Translations under genes and position numbers: made by a program
Shown here: positions 1-10,897 of the stretch, one piece after another
Numbering within the stretch: the stretch's first letter is position 1
Layout of the letters: every line of letters starts with the position of its first letter
The notes under the pieces: model-generated
Told to the model about the DNA's origin: nothing
Seen by the model: only the letters and a program-made list of their open reading frames with translations
Database searches by the model: none
Source of the DNA: an uncultured Gemmatimonadales bacterium
GTDB taxonomy: Bacteria > Gemmatimonadota > Gemmatimonadetes > Gemmatimonadales > GWC2-71-9
Assembly: GCA_963728915.1 (NCBI GenBank)
Contig: CAVSLV010000001.1
Span: forward strand, 448,001-512,000
DNA length: 64,000 nt
Reading direction: 5' to 3'

Positions 1-148
1 TAACCACCGTTTCGCTGCTCGGCGGAGCGGCCTGTCCGGTACCGGGATTGCCCTCATTCCCTGCCGAGCTCTTCCCTCCGCAGCCGGCCAGAAGCGAGCC
101 CAGGATCCACACGGCAACGATCGTGATGCTTCCTCTTGCTCCAGACAT
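1..148 (-). CDS. 5' part of a lipoprotein, truncated by the window edge; lies downstream of the Rrf2 gene
   Basis: Minus-strand ATG at 148 with a GGGAGG RBS; translates MSGARGSITIVAVWILGSLLAGCGGKSSAG..., a hydrophobic signal with an LLAGC lipobox; not in the ORF track. Confidence 0.65.
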   Translation of the reverse strand, partial: MSGARGSITIVAVWILGSLLAGCGGKSSAGNEGNPGTGQAAPPSSETVV

Positions 149-198
149 GTCGTTCCTCCCAGCGGGTTGCGATCCAATGGGACGACCGGGCTCGGCCG

Positions 199-672
199 TC
201 ACCGGTGATTTCCCCTCCCGGGTTTCCTCCTCGAGGGCGGCGTCGGCGCCGCAAGGGCAGCCTCGGCGCCGCCAACCCGGATCAGCTCCTGCACCGTGGT
301 GGTATGGAAAAAGGTGCGCACCGCGTCGGAAGCCCTTTTCCAGCGCTCGTGCGCCTGGCATGGACTCAGATCACTGCAACGCTTGCGGCCCAGGAGACAG
401 GTGCTTGCCCCGGCCCCTTCGGTGAAGGGCTCGACCACCTGCTGAAGGGTGAGCCGGGACGGATCCATCCGGAGGCGAAACCCGCCGTGGGGTCCCCGGG
501 TCGAGGTGAGGAGCCCCGCGCGCCCCAATACGTGGAGGACCTTCGAGAGATAGTTGCGGGGAACCTCGAGGTCGGCGGCGATCTCGCCGACCCGGGTCAA
601 CTTCGTTCCGTCCTGCTCGGCCAGATAGAGCACGGCCCGCAGCGCATACATCCCGGTTTGGGAGATCAGCAT
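199..672 (-). CDS. Rrf2 family transcriptional regulator
   Basis: YALRAVLYLA...EIAADLEVPRNYLSKVLHVLGRAGLLTSTRGPHGGFRL winged-helix signature; C-terminal CLLGRKRCSDLSPC cysteines. Confidence 0.92.
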   Translation of the reverse strand: MLISQTGMYALRAVLYLAEQDGTKLTRVGEIAADLEVPRNYLSKVLHVLGRAGLLTSTRGPHGGFRLRMDPSRLTLQQVVEPFTEGAGASTCLLGRKRCSDLSPCQAHERWKRASDAVRTFFHTTTVQELIRVGGAEAALAAPTPPSRRKPGRGNHR

Positions 673-695
673 GGTGGCACGCCCTCCCTGTTGGC

Positions 696-723
696 ATATT
701 TATCATATACAGATGATAAATAT
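696..723. promoter_or_regulatory. Perfect 11-6-11 inverted repeat, candidate Rrf2 operator
   Basis: ATATTTATCAT-atacag-ATGATAAATAT, AT-rich, 24 bp upstream of the Rrf2 start. Confidence 0.6.
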
Positions 724-812
724 CCGCAAGGGGGGCACCTCGTCGCGGTGCTGCCACATTGGCGCATTTCAGTGGCCCGTCGTTTGCCGTTCTCAAGCGT
801 CGTTTCGTTGGC

Positions 813-879
813 TTGACAACGTCAGTAACCTGAATAACTTGCACCTCGATTCTGGCACTCATATATATAGATGTGCCAA
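813..879 (+). promoter_or_regulatory. groESL sigma70-like promoter with a CIRCE-like (HrcA) element
   Basis: TTGACA 813-818 and TAACTT 835-840; CTGGCACTC-N9-GATGTGCCAA at 852-879 resembles TTAGCACTC-N9-GAGTGCTAA with one extra base. Confidence 0.65.
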
Positions 880-917
880 GCATGATCCACCCCGTCGGAC
901 GTCAAGGAGAAGCGAGT

Positions 918-1232
918 ATGGCAACACAGACCAAAGCCAAGCCGAAGCTCAAGATCACCCCTCTCGAAGATCGTGTCGTTGTGATTCCGGATGACGAAGC
1001 GGAGACCATGCGGGGCGGGCTGTACATCCCCGACACCGCCAAGGAAAAGCCCACCCAGGGAGAAGTGATGGCCGTCGGCGCGGGCCGCTACGAGAAGGGC
1101 GCCCGGGTTCCGATGGACGTCAAGGTGGGCGACAAGGTGCTCTACGGGAAGTACAGTGGAACGAACATCACGCTCGAGGGAGAAGAGGTCGTGATCATCA
1201 AGGCCTCCGATATCCTCGCCAAGCTCGCTTAA
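918..1232 (+). CDS. groES: Co-chaperonin GroES
   Basis: [10 protein letters not shown]...[24 protein letters not shown]...[23 protein letters not shown] before ATG 918. Confidence 0.98.
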   Translation: MATQTKAKPKLKITPLEDRVVVIPDDEAETMRGGLYIPDTAKEKPTQGEVMAVGAGRYEKGARVPMDVKVGDKVLYGKYSGTNITLEGEEVVIIKASDILAKLA

Positions 1233-2885
<1,653 letters not shown>

Positions 2886-2905
2886 CCCGCGGTTTCGCTC
2901 GGTAG

Positions 2906-2937
2906 CGCGGGTTAGCGACTATGAGATGTCATAGTCG
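2906..2937. repeat. Palindromic element, copy 1 (related to 8822-8854)
   Basis: cgcgggttagc-GACTATGAgatgTCATAGTCg; 28 of 33 aligned positions match copy 2. Confidence 0.7.
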
Positions 2938-2941
2938 GGGG

Positions 2942-2980
2942 CGGGGGCAGGGGAGAAATCTCCTCTGCCCCCGTTGGCTT
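2942..2980 (+). terminator. Probable intrinsic terminator of groESL
   Basis: GC-rich stem cgggggcagggga...tcctctgcccccg followed by ttggctt. Confidence 0.6.
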
Positions 2981-3066
2981 GACGGGTTCAAATGGAATGA
3001 GGAGTATTTGGCCGATGCTGGGTCAAGCCGATTCTTGTGGGCTAGCTCTCAACAAAGCATTGGATC

Positions 3067-6000
3067 ATGGACATTCCTGACGCATTAGTTGAAGAGATAC
3101 GCCGGGGACGCGTCGTTCTCCTCTTCGGGGCCGGAGCCTCTATCGGCGCCCGGAAACCCGACGGGCATGGTCCGCCAAGCAGAGATGACCTTTGCGGTGC
3201 CCTGGCGGACAGGTTTCTCGGGGGCAAATTCAAAACGTCAGCCCTGGCATGGGTTGCTGAGCTCTCGATCTCGGAAACAAACCTTGCTGCGGTTCAAGAG
3301 TTCATCGTGAGCCTACTAGAGGGGCTGCAACCGGCGCCATTTCACTTCAAACTTCCTACGTTTCGTTGGCGTGGTCTTGCCTCAACCAACTATGACGACC
3401 TTGTTGAGACGATCTACAGAATTCCTGAGCGTGTCCAATCCGTAGTGCCCATCCGGTCTGACTCTGACACCCTTGATGACCTGCTCCGGGCACCTACCGA
3501 CCTTGCGCTCCTCAAGCTCCACGGCTGCGTAACGCGAGCTCGAGACCAAGAAATCCCCTTCATCCTGACCGCAGACCAATACGTGACCCATCGGCAGGGG
3601 CGAGCTAGACTTTTCACGACGCTGAAGGACTGGGGTGCTGAATATCCGATAATCTTCGTTGGTCAAGCGGGACAGGATCCCGACCTGCGTGAGTTGCTTC
3701 TGGAGCTTTCGCGCGAGTTGGCTTGGAGACCTCGGTATTACCTCATCAAACCAACCGTCGACGACACGGAGCGCCGTCTTTGGGAATCGAAGCGCGTCAC
3801 GGTACTGGACGGGACGTTCCAGGACTTTCTTACGACTCTCGATACTCTCATTGATCCAGCCCTGCGACCGCTTTTCGCCCTCGCGCAGGACAAGCATCCG
3901 ATCGAGAGACTCTTCAAAGTGTCGGAACCGTCATCGGCACTCCTCCTCGATGGACTAGCAACAGACCTCGAGTATGTCCACCCTGGCATCGCGCTTGAGG
4001 ATGGCAACCCTCGGGACTTCTACCGAGGTTTTGGGTTTGGCTGGTACCCCGTTGTAAACGATCTCGATGCGCGCCGAAGCCTCACAGATAGAATCCTACT
4101 CGATATCGTTGCTCGGGCCGAAGACGATCGCCCGGCTCTTGTTGAACTATACGCGGTACTCGGCGAGGCGGGCGCTGGCAAATCAGTCTTCCTTCGCAGG
4201 GTCGCGTGGGAGGCAACTACTGGGGCTGATGTGCTCTGTCTTTTCCTTCGTCCTGATGGCGTGCTTCGGTACGAAGCCCTCCGCGAGGTCTTTCGCGTCA
4301 CCCAGCGACGCCTGTTCTTGTTCGTAGATACCGCATCACTTCACGCGCAGGATCTCGCCTATATCATCACCGCTGCGACACGTGATCGTATCCCCCTCAC
4401 TGTACTTACCGCCGAACGACATAGTATCTGGAATGTGTCGTGTGAACGTCTCCTACCCCTTGTGACGGATACGTTCCCCTTGCGGTACCTTAGTCGCGAT
4501 GAGATCGACACCCTTGTAACACTTCTGCGTTCCCATGACTCTCTCGGCCCCCATCTCACTGGCAAGTCTCAGGGTGATTGCATAAAGGAGTTTGAAGAGC
4601 GGGCCGGCCGCCAACTACTTGTTGCCTTGCACGAGGCCACTGTCGGTCTTCCATTTGAAGAGATCATCCTTGACGAATACAATCACATTGAACCGCTTGC
4701 TGCTCGCCACCTCTACCTGACGGTTTGCGTATTGAACCGCCTCAAGGTAGAGGTGCGTGCTGGCCTTATCGCTCGTGTCCACGGGATTCGTTTCGACGAG
4801 TTCGCCTCGAAGCTCTTTGCTCCCCTCGAACACGTCGTTCATGCACGTGAGCAAAGCGGGACCCGAGACTACCTCTACAGCACCCGTCACCCAGAGATTG
4901 CCCAGATTGTCTTCGAACGCGTCCTCAATTCACCCATCGATCGGTTCAATGAATACGCGCGGCTGCTCCAAGCTCTTAACCTTGCTTACAGCACTGATCG
5001 GACCGCGTTCAGGGGTCTCCTCCGGGCCAAGGCCCTGCATGACTTGTTTCCGAGTTTCGAGAATGTCCAGGCACTTTTCAATGCAGCCAATGAGGCTGCC
5101 CCCCGCGACGCGTATCTACACCAGCAACAGGCCAATTACGAACGCATCCGCCCCAACGGGAACCAAGATAGGGCTTTTGATCTTCTGCAGACAGCGCGAA
5201 CCCTCGACCCGCGGGATCTCTCAATCGTTCACACATTGGCTGAGCTAACACGTGCTCGTGCTGAGAAGGCCGATCACCGGTTGCAGCGTGACCGCCTTCG
5301 TAACGAGTCCCGCTCTTTGCTCGGCCCACTGCTTGGAGATGCGCACCACGCTAGGTTCGCCCGGGTTACGCTCGTAAAGCTCGCGCTCGATGATCTTCGT
5401 GATGCACTGGCTGAGGAAGGTGCTTCCGAGAAAGAGGTCGACACCGCTATCCGGACTGCTGAGAGCCATTTGGAGCGGGCCCAGCAGCAGTTTCCCGACG
5501 AGAGCTTCCTGCTTACGGCGGAAGCTGAGTTCGCAAGAATGCTTAACGATGATCCTCGCGCCCTTAGGGCTCTTGAGAAGGCATTCACCGCGAACAGACG
5601 TGATCCATATATCGCCAGTCGACTCGCTAGGTTGCTCCAAAGCAAGGGCGACCTCAAGGCCGCCGAAGACGTATTGACTTCGGCCTTAGAGAGCAATAGA
5701 GGCGACAAACAGCTGAATTACCAGTATGCAACAGTTCTAAAGTCATCCGACGTAGTGGCCTCTGATGTCTTGCTGTACTACTATCGGCGCGCATTCACAA
5801 AGTGGGACACAAACCTCGAAGCTCAGTTCTGGTTTGCGCGTTTCGCCTTTGATAGCGATGACGATAGCGAGAGACATGAGAGTAAACAGGTCTTCCGTCG
5901 CCTTCGGGAGGCGCCGATGGCCCACGAGGTGCGAACTAAGATCCGCGACGCAATCGGTGGCCTAGAACATCCTCGGACTTTCACCGGACGGATAATTCGC

Positions 6001-6168
6001 AAGGAATACGCTCACGGTTTCATCGAGCGCGATGGACGGGGGGACTGGATATTTTGTTATAAAGGGGAGAGCCAAGTGTGGGACACGCTTCGCTCTGGTC
6101 TCCGCGTTCAGTTCGGCATCGGGTTCTCTTTTGCGGGCCCCGTCGCCCTGAGGGTCAGTCTATTGTAA
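3067..6168 (+). CDS. SIR2-like NADase + STAND P-loop NTPase + TPR + C-terminal cold-shock/OB domain; Avs/AVAST-like antiphage protein
   Basis: SIR2 motifs LLFGAGAS, STNYDD, KLHG, FVG; Walker A GEAGAGKS (4162-4185); Walker B LFLFVD; helical TPR-like region; CSD-like FTGRIIRKEYAHGFIERDG...IFC...LRSGLRVQFGIG; codon usage more A/T-ending than groEL. Confidence 0.85.
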   Translation: MDIPDALVEEIRRGRVVLLFGAGASIGARKPDGHGPPSRDDLCGALADRFLGGKFKTSALAWVAELSISETNLAAVQEFIVSLLEGLQPAPFHFKLPTFRWRGLASTNYDDLVETIYRIPERVQSVVPIRSDSDTLDDLLRAPTDLALLKLHGCVTRARDQEIPFILTADQYVTHRQGRARLFTTLKDWGAEYPIIFVGQAGQDPDLRELLLELSRELAWRPRYYLIKPTVDDTERRLWESKRVTVLDGTFQDFLTTLDTLIDPALRPLFALAQDKHPIERLFKVSEPSSALLLDGLATDLEYVHPGIALEDGNPRDFYRGFGFGWYPVVNDLDARRSLTDRILLDIVARAEDDRPALVELYAVLGEAGAGKSVFLRRVAWEATTGADVLCLFLRPDGVLRYEALREVFRVTQRRLFLFVDTASLHAQDLAYIITAATRDRIPLTVLTAERHSIWNVSCERLLPLVTDTFPLRYLSRDEIDTLVTLLRSHDSLGPHLTGKSQGDCIKEFEERAGRQLLVALHEATVGLPFEEIILDEYNHIEPLAARHLYLTVCVLNRLKVEVRAGLIARVHGIRFDEFASKLFAPLEHVVHAREQSGTRDYLYSTRHPEIAQIVFERVLNSPIDRFNEYARLLQALNLAYSTDRTAFRGLLRAKALHDLFPSFENVQALFNAANEAAPRDAYLHQQQANYERIRPNGNQDRAFDLLQTARTLDPRDLSIVHTLAELTRARAEKADHRLQRDRLRNESRSLLGPLLGDAHHARFARVTLVKLALDDLRDALAEEGASEKEVDTAIRTAESHLERAQQQFPDESFLLTAEAEFARMLNDDPRALRALEKAFTANRRDPYIASRLARLLQSKGDLKAAEDVLTSALESNRGDKQLNYQYATVLKSSDVVASDVLLYYYRRAFTKWDTNLEAQFWFARFAFDSDDDSERHESKQVFRRLREAPMAHEVRTKIRDAIGGLEHPRTFTGRIIRKEYAHGFIERDGRGDWIFCYKGESQVWDTLRSGLRVQFGIGFSFAGPVALRVSLL

Positions 6169-6379
6169 CTCCCGCCTCCCGCCTCCCGCCGCTCGACCGG
6201 TTTGCCTGCTGGGCGTCATCGCCCCACACGCTGGCGGACGACTGGCCCGGCGAGGCGGACATAAGACTTCTTCACCGTCTCGTGGCCCCAGGGTAACCGC
6301 GTAGGTGTGGTCGTGTTCCAGCTCCAGCCGTTGCTATCTTCCATCCGTCTGCAGGCTCATCAGACCAGGAGCGCAGCCC

Positions 6380-7745
6380 ATGAAGGGATTCGTCCCGACA
6401 CCGCCGACCGTCGTGGACCTCATGGTTGGGAAGCTGTTCCAGAACTCCTCTCCTGATCCCCAGGCCAGCCTCCTTGACCCCGGCTGTGGTCCCGGAGCCT
6501 TCATCTCGGGCGTCCGGAATTGGCTTGCCGGCCGTGGCTGCCCAGGCCCGCGGATCCTCGGAATGGAGCTGAATCCTGCGCTCGCCGCGGAGGCCCGGGC
6601 TCGATTTCATGGTATCCGATCCGTTGAGATTCAGGGAGGCGATTTCCTCGAGGCGACTACCAGCCGATACGACTACATCATCGGCAACCCACCTTACGTG
6701 CCCATTACGGCACTCACGCCTGCCGAACGGGATCGGTACCGATCGAGGTACGCCACGGCCAGGGAACGGTTCGACCTGTACCTCCTGTTCTTCGAACAGG
6801 CCCTCTCCCTGCTCAAGCCGACTGGCAGGCTGGTCTTCATCACGCCAGAGAAGTTCCTCTACACCAGTACCGCAGCGCCGCTGCGCAAGCTCATGGCCGG
6901 GCGCGGTGTGGAAGAGCTTCATTTTCTGCCGGAGGACACCTTCGGGGAACTGGTCACCTACCCGCTCATCACCGTGGTGCCAGCCGTCGGGTTTGACGCG
7001 ACCACCAGAATCACCGACCGAACGGGAGCGAGTTGGGAGACCCGTCTCCCCGGGACCTCGGATTCCTGGCTCCCGTTTCTGCGTCCCTCCCCCTCGGCAA
7101 GCCCGTCCAGAACCCTCGGAGAGATTCTGCAGCCGGATCAGCTGCGGGATCGCGACCGGAGCGGATTCCGTCTTCACGATTCGAACTGCCCATCTGGATG
7201 GCTCGCTTCGCGACTTCGCATACCCGACGCTCGCCGGTCGCCAGATTCGACAGGGTCATGACCCGAAGTCCATGCACTCGTTGCTCGTACCGTATGAAAG
7301 GGAAGGCGGGCTTCTGAAAGAGGAGGACCTTGGGCCGCTCAAGGAGTATCTGACCCAACCAGGCCGAAGGGAGAAGCTCCTGGCGCGGACCTGCGTTGCC
7401 CGGAAACCCTGGTACTCATTCCATGAAAACCCGCCGCTCCGGGACATCCTTCGGCCGAAGCTTCTGTGCAAGGACATTACCCCGGAGCCTTTCTTCGTGG
7501 TGGACCGCCAGGGCGACATCGTTCCCCGGCATTCGGTGTACTACATCGTTCCCAATGACCCGAATGAGCTGGACGCTCTGGCGGCCTATCTCAATTCTCC
7601 ACGAGCCGTTGCCTGGCTCAAGAGCAACTGCCAGCGGGCCGCCAAGGGATACATCCGCCTCCAGTCCCATGTGCTCAAGCGCCTTCCGGTTCCCGCCAGG
7701 CTCCCCAAGGTGCGGAGGACCCCGGCCCAGGCGTTCGTCGCGTGA
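6380..7745 (+). CDS. N6-adenine DNA methyltransferase (TaqI/PaeR7I/Eco57I-like), split by a +1 frameshift near 7125
   Basis: Motif I LLDPGCGPGAF and motif IV IIGNPPY in the first frame; continues in the next frame as CSRISCGIATGADSVF...KLLCKDI...HSVYYI...YLNS. Confidence 0.85.
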
Positions 7746-8521
7746 ACACGCCCTTCGACAAGGCGATCGAAGCGATTCGGAAACACGGCTACCACAACCA
7801 TCGACTTGAAACCCACTCCGACACGGTGAGCCAGGGAATCTTCGATGACCTGTATCACGAGTGTGAGGCGCTGAAGCTCGACGTTGACCGCGAGATTGTG
7901 AAGGTGTGGCCTAATGTCTCCGCCCCAGGTGATCGCCGCAGGAAGGTCGATCTCTTCGTCGGCGAGCCCGATGCGAACGGAGATCCCGACATCACCAAGG
8001 TCCGGATCGCCCTGGAGAACAAATCCGTCATTACCGCGCACCGGAACCGGACCAACCGGTTCGACGACCTGCACAAGGTGCTCTCTGCCGTCCACTCCGC
8101 TCGGCCTGAGGCCCTCCTCGTTGCCACGGTTCTCGTGGGGCTGGCGGAGAGCGTCCTGAACATTCCGGACAAGGTTCATCCATTCTTCAGGGACCGGGAG
8201 GAAGAATTCGAGACCAGGGTTCGACCTCGGCTTTCATCGGGGGATCAGACTCTCTGGACTGAGTTCAGCTGGGCCGTCAGCCGCAACCGGCCCTCCGATC
8301 CGGCGAAGACAGTAGAGCTCTTTCGAACGATCCCTACCAGGAAGCCCGGCCACACCCACGCGGAAGCCTACGACGCGGTCGTCCTGGTCCCCGTCTTCAT
8401 CAACAATGTGGATCCGCCGGTACTGCCGCGCCCGAATCCTCTGGGGATCGACGTGGACGCGGAATACCGGGAGCTGTTGAGTCAGCTGTGCCGAGGCTAT
8501 ACGGCCCGCTGGCACATGTAG
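7742..8521 (+). CDS. Putative type II restriction endonuclease, PD-(D/E)XK fold
   Basis: Overlaps the methyltransferase stop (GTGA); KVDLFVG...IALENKSV...NRTNRFDDL resembles the D...ExK catalytic motif. Confidence 0.65.
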   Translation: MNTPFDKAIEAIRKHGYHNHRLETHSDTVSQGIFDDLYHECEALKLDVDREIVKVWPNVSAPGDRRRKVDLFVGEPDANGDPDITKVRIALENKSVITAHRNRTNRFDDLHKVLSAVHSARPEALLVATVLVGLAESVLNIPDKVHPFFRDREEEFETRVRPRLSSGDQTLWTEFSWAVSRNRPSDPAKTVELFRTIPTRKPGHTHAEAYDAVVLVPVFINNVDPPVLPRPNPLGIDVDAEYRELLSQLCRGYTARWHM

Positions 8522-8821
8522 GCGCGAGCCGGGCTACCTCAAAGGGGTTTCGAGAGGCCAATGGGCCCCTCCTCCATCCCCATCTCGACAACAACACAGA
8601 GCCCATCAGCCCGGTCAGGAAGTCGTAACTACGGTCCGCAGAAAAAAATGGACGGCATCGCGGATACGACCCGTTCCTTCAGGCAATACGATCCTACCTT
8701 GGCCGGTCCAAATGGCGACGTCACGGGTGTCAGGCCCTGCAACTGGCTCCGCCCTGTGTCATAGACTGTGCGGGATTGTCAGCACAAATGATTGCCTTCG
8801 CCCACGTATAACAAGGTTAAT

Positions 8822-8854
8822 CGCGTGTTAGCTGACTATAAGATCTTATAGTCG
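8822..8854. repeat. Palindromic element, copy 2 (related to 2906-2937)
   Basis: cgcgtgttagct-GACTATAAGATCTTATAGTC-g; 8834-8853 is a perfect 20-bp palindrome. Confidence 0.7.
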
Positions 8855-8970
8855 CTGCCAAGAGTCACGAAAGCGGTTGTCATGCGATGCTGACTTGACG
8901 AATGCATGCTGGAGCGAGAGGTTCTAGCATTCCACGAGAAAGTGTGCCTCTCCGGTATCAGGAGCTCACA

Positions 8971-9510
8971 ATGAAATGTACGCCTCTAGGCCTCTTGCTT
9001 TTCTTGCTTGCCTCGTCAACGGGTCAAGTCGCCAATGCCCAGATGCACCCGCAAAGGCGTGCCGGATTCTGGTTTCAGGGAGGGTTGGGTTATGGGTCGC
9101 TTGGCTGCGACGGATGTGACGGCCGAGAGGGGGGGATAAGCGGTGGGCTTTCCCTTGGTGGGACGATCAGTCCCAAGTTCCTTCTGGGTGTCGGGACCAC
9201 CGGGTGGTATAAGTCCGAAGGCGGAGCAACTCTTACGGTTGGTACCCTCGACGCCCGGATCCGGTTCTACCCCTCAGCCACCGGGGGCTTCTTCTTGACG
9301 GGCGGCGCCGGACTTGGGACCATCAGCGCCGACGTAGCTGGACTCGGCAGCGACAGCGAAACCGGGTTCGGGCTAGTGCTCGGTTTGGGTTATGACTTCC
9401 GGGTTGGGGCAAATGTCAGCCTGACGCCCTTCTGGAATGGCTTTGCAATCAGGTCATCGAACTCGGATGCCAACGTCGGTCAGATTGGTCTCGCAATCAC
9501 CGTCCATTGA
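8971..9510 (+). CDS. Small outer-membrane beta-barrel protein
   Basis: AGGAG RBS, signal peptide, alternating Gly/aromatic strands (GFWFQGGLGYG, GLVLGLGYDFRVG). Confidence 0.7.
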   Translation: MKCTPLGLLLFLLASSTGQVANAQMHPQRRAGFWFQGGLGYGSLGCDGCDGREGGISGGLSLGGTISPKFLLGVGTTGWYKSEGGATLTVGTLDARIRFYPSATGGFFLTGGAGLGTISADVAGLGSDSETGFGLVLGLGYDFRVGANVSLTPFWNGFAIRSSNSDANVGQIGLAITVH

Positions 9511-9568
9511 ATCTGTGTTTCGCCAGGTTGGAGCGGATGAGGAGGGTGTCGATGACTGCGGCAGCTAA

Positions 9569-10525
9569 ATGTCGAGACTGAAAGCGAAGGAGGAGACCTT
9601 GAGAAGGATTTACTGGGGAGTAGGTGCGGCTTTTGCGGTTTTTGCCCTACTTGCAAGAGGAGCCGTTGCCCAGGATGAGAGCTCTGAGGGGAACAAATTG
9701 GGAAAGCTCTTGATAAGGGCGGCTCCGACAATTGTCGATGGAAAAGAGTTCCCCGACATCCGGCGTGAGCAAAGCGTCAAGGATCTGAAGTGGAAGCCCA
9801 GGAGGTTCTACCTAACGCTGAATGAAAATGATGCCGATTACCTACTCGTGGTTCTCGAACGTCGTGAGGTCGGTACCCAAAAGAACAGCAGGACGCTGTT
9901 CGCATCTCTGAGCATCCGACAGGGAGGGGTTTGGGTCCCGGCAGCAAGCCTCGAAAGTGGCCAGCAGGGCAGTTGGCCGGTGGCGGCGGAGAAAGTGACG
10001 GGACAAGCGGAAAAGTGGGTGATCAAGAACATCAATCCTAGCCCAATCAACCCGACATCAATAGGACCATGGCCTGCCGGATTCTATGTTCGCAAAGGCA
10101 AACCAAATGATTATGTCGAACTGACGCCAAGTGGGACTTTCTTCCTCCGCCAGTGGTTAACGAACAAGGAGGGTACATACAGGGTGTCGGGAGACACACT
10201 CAACCTTGCTGCTGGCGGGTGGAAGAACTCTCCTAAGATCTCTCAGGAAGCGATCACGGAGAACAATGGCGATGTCTGGACACGGGCGCCGGAAGGGCCT
10301 TCGAAGGGCGCTGATCCCGCGAAGGAGTCCCAAGCAGGGCCGGGGGAGGTCTCCGTAGACAAGATCATTGAGATGGTTCGGGCGAAAATATCTGATGACA
10401 TGATCATTCTGAGCATCCGGCAGTCCAACTCTCATTTCACCCTGACCCCAGATGTGATGCTACGCCTTAAGTCTGCCGGCGTCAGTGACACCGTGATCAA
10501 GGTGATGGCGAGCACCAAGCCCTAG
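9569..10525 (+). CDS. Hypothetical secreted protein
   Basis: 318-aa ORF with an N-terminal hydrophobic segment and AVA-Q cleavage-like site; C-terminal DKIIEMVRAKISDDMII...LKSAGVSDTVIKVM helical motif. Confidence 0.6.
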   Translation: MSRLKAKEETLRRIYWGVGAAFAVFALLARGAVAQDESSEGNKLGKLLIRAAPTIVDGKEFPDIRREQSVKDLKWKPRRFYLTLNENDADYLLVVLERREVGTQKNSRTLFASLSIRQGGVWVPAASLESGQQGSWPVAAEKVTGQAEKWVIKNINPSPINPTSIGPWPAGFYVRKGKPNDYVELTPSGTFFLRQWLTNKEGTYRVSGDTLNLAAGGWKNSPKISQEAITENNGDVWTRAPEGPSKGADPAKESQAGPGEVSVDKIIEMVRAKISDDMIILSIRQSNSHFTLTPDVMLRLKSAGVSDTVIKVMASTKP

Positions 10526-10897
10526 GATGCGGAACGTAAGCAGTGGGTGTGATTGCTGATGAGGTTGATCTCTGAGCCATAGCGATCCTGGTTGAGGGTG
10601 TCAGGCCATCACCGGCGAACGCCGGTGGACTCAATGAACCAGCACATGCTAGCAGACGACGTCCCGGGCGGAGCAGATGATCCATAGGATGGGGGCTGGG
10701 GGGCATGGGGTAACAGACCGGCGCAGCGGCCGACGGAGGTTGAAAAGGACTTGCTGAATCTCGTGAAATGACATGCAGCCTGGAGCAACCGGGCTTCTGA
10801 CCTGGACGCTGGCCTGCAAATCCAACATCCCTTTGCGTGTAGATCGTAGGTTCATTTGTCAAAGTGTCGAAACTGTGCTTCTCTTCTTCGAAGCGCC

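Noticed and set aside
6169..6200. (CTCCCGC)x3 microrepeat and a 19/20 match to 61374-61393
   Set aside because: Short and very GC-rich; plausible by chance in 64 kb
8822..8854. dif/Xer site interpretation of the palindrome
   Set aside because: ATAA and TTAT are 4 bp apart rather than 6, and the XerD arm TTATGTTAAAT is absent; kept only as an unassigned site
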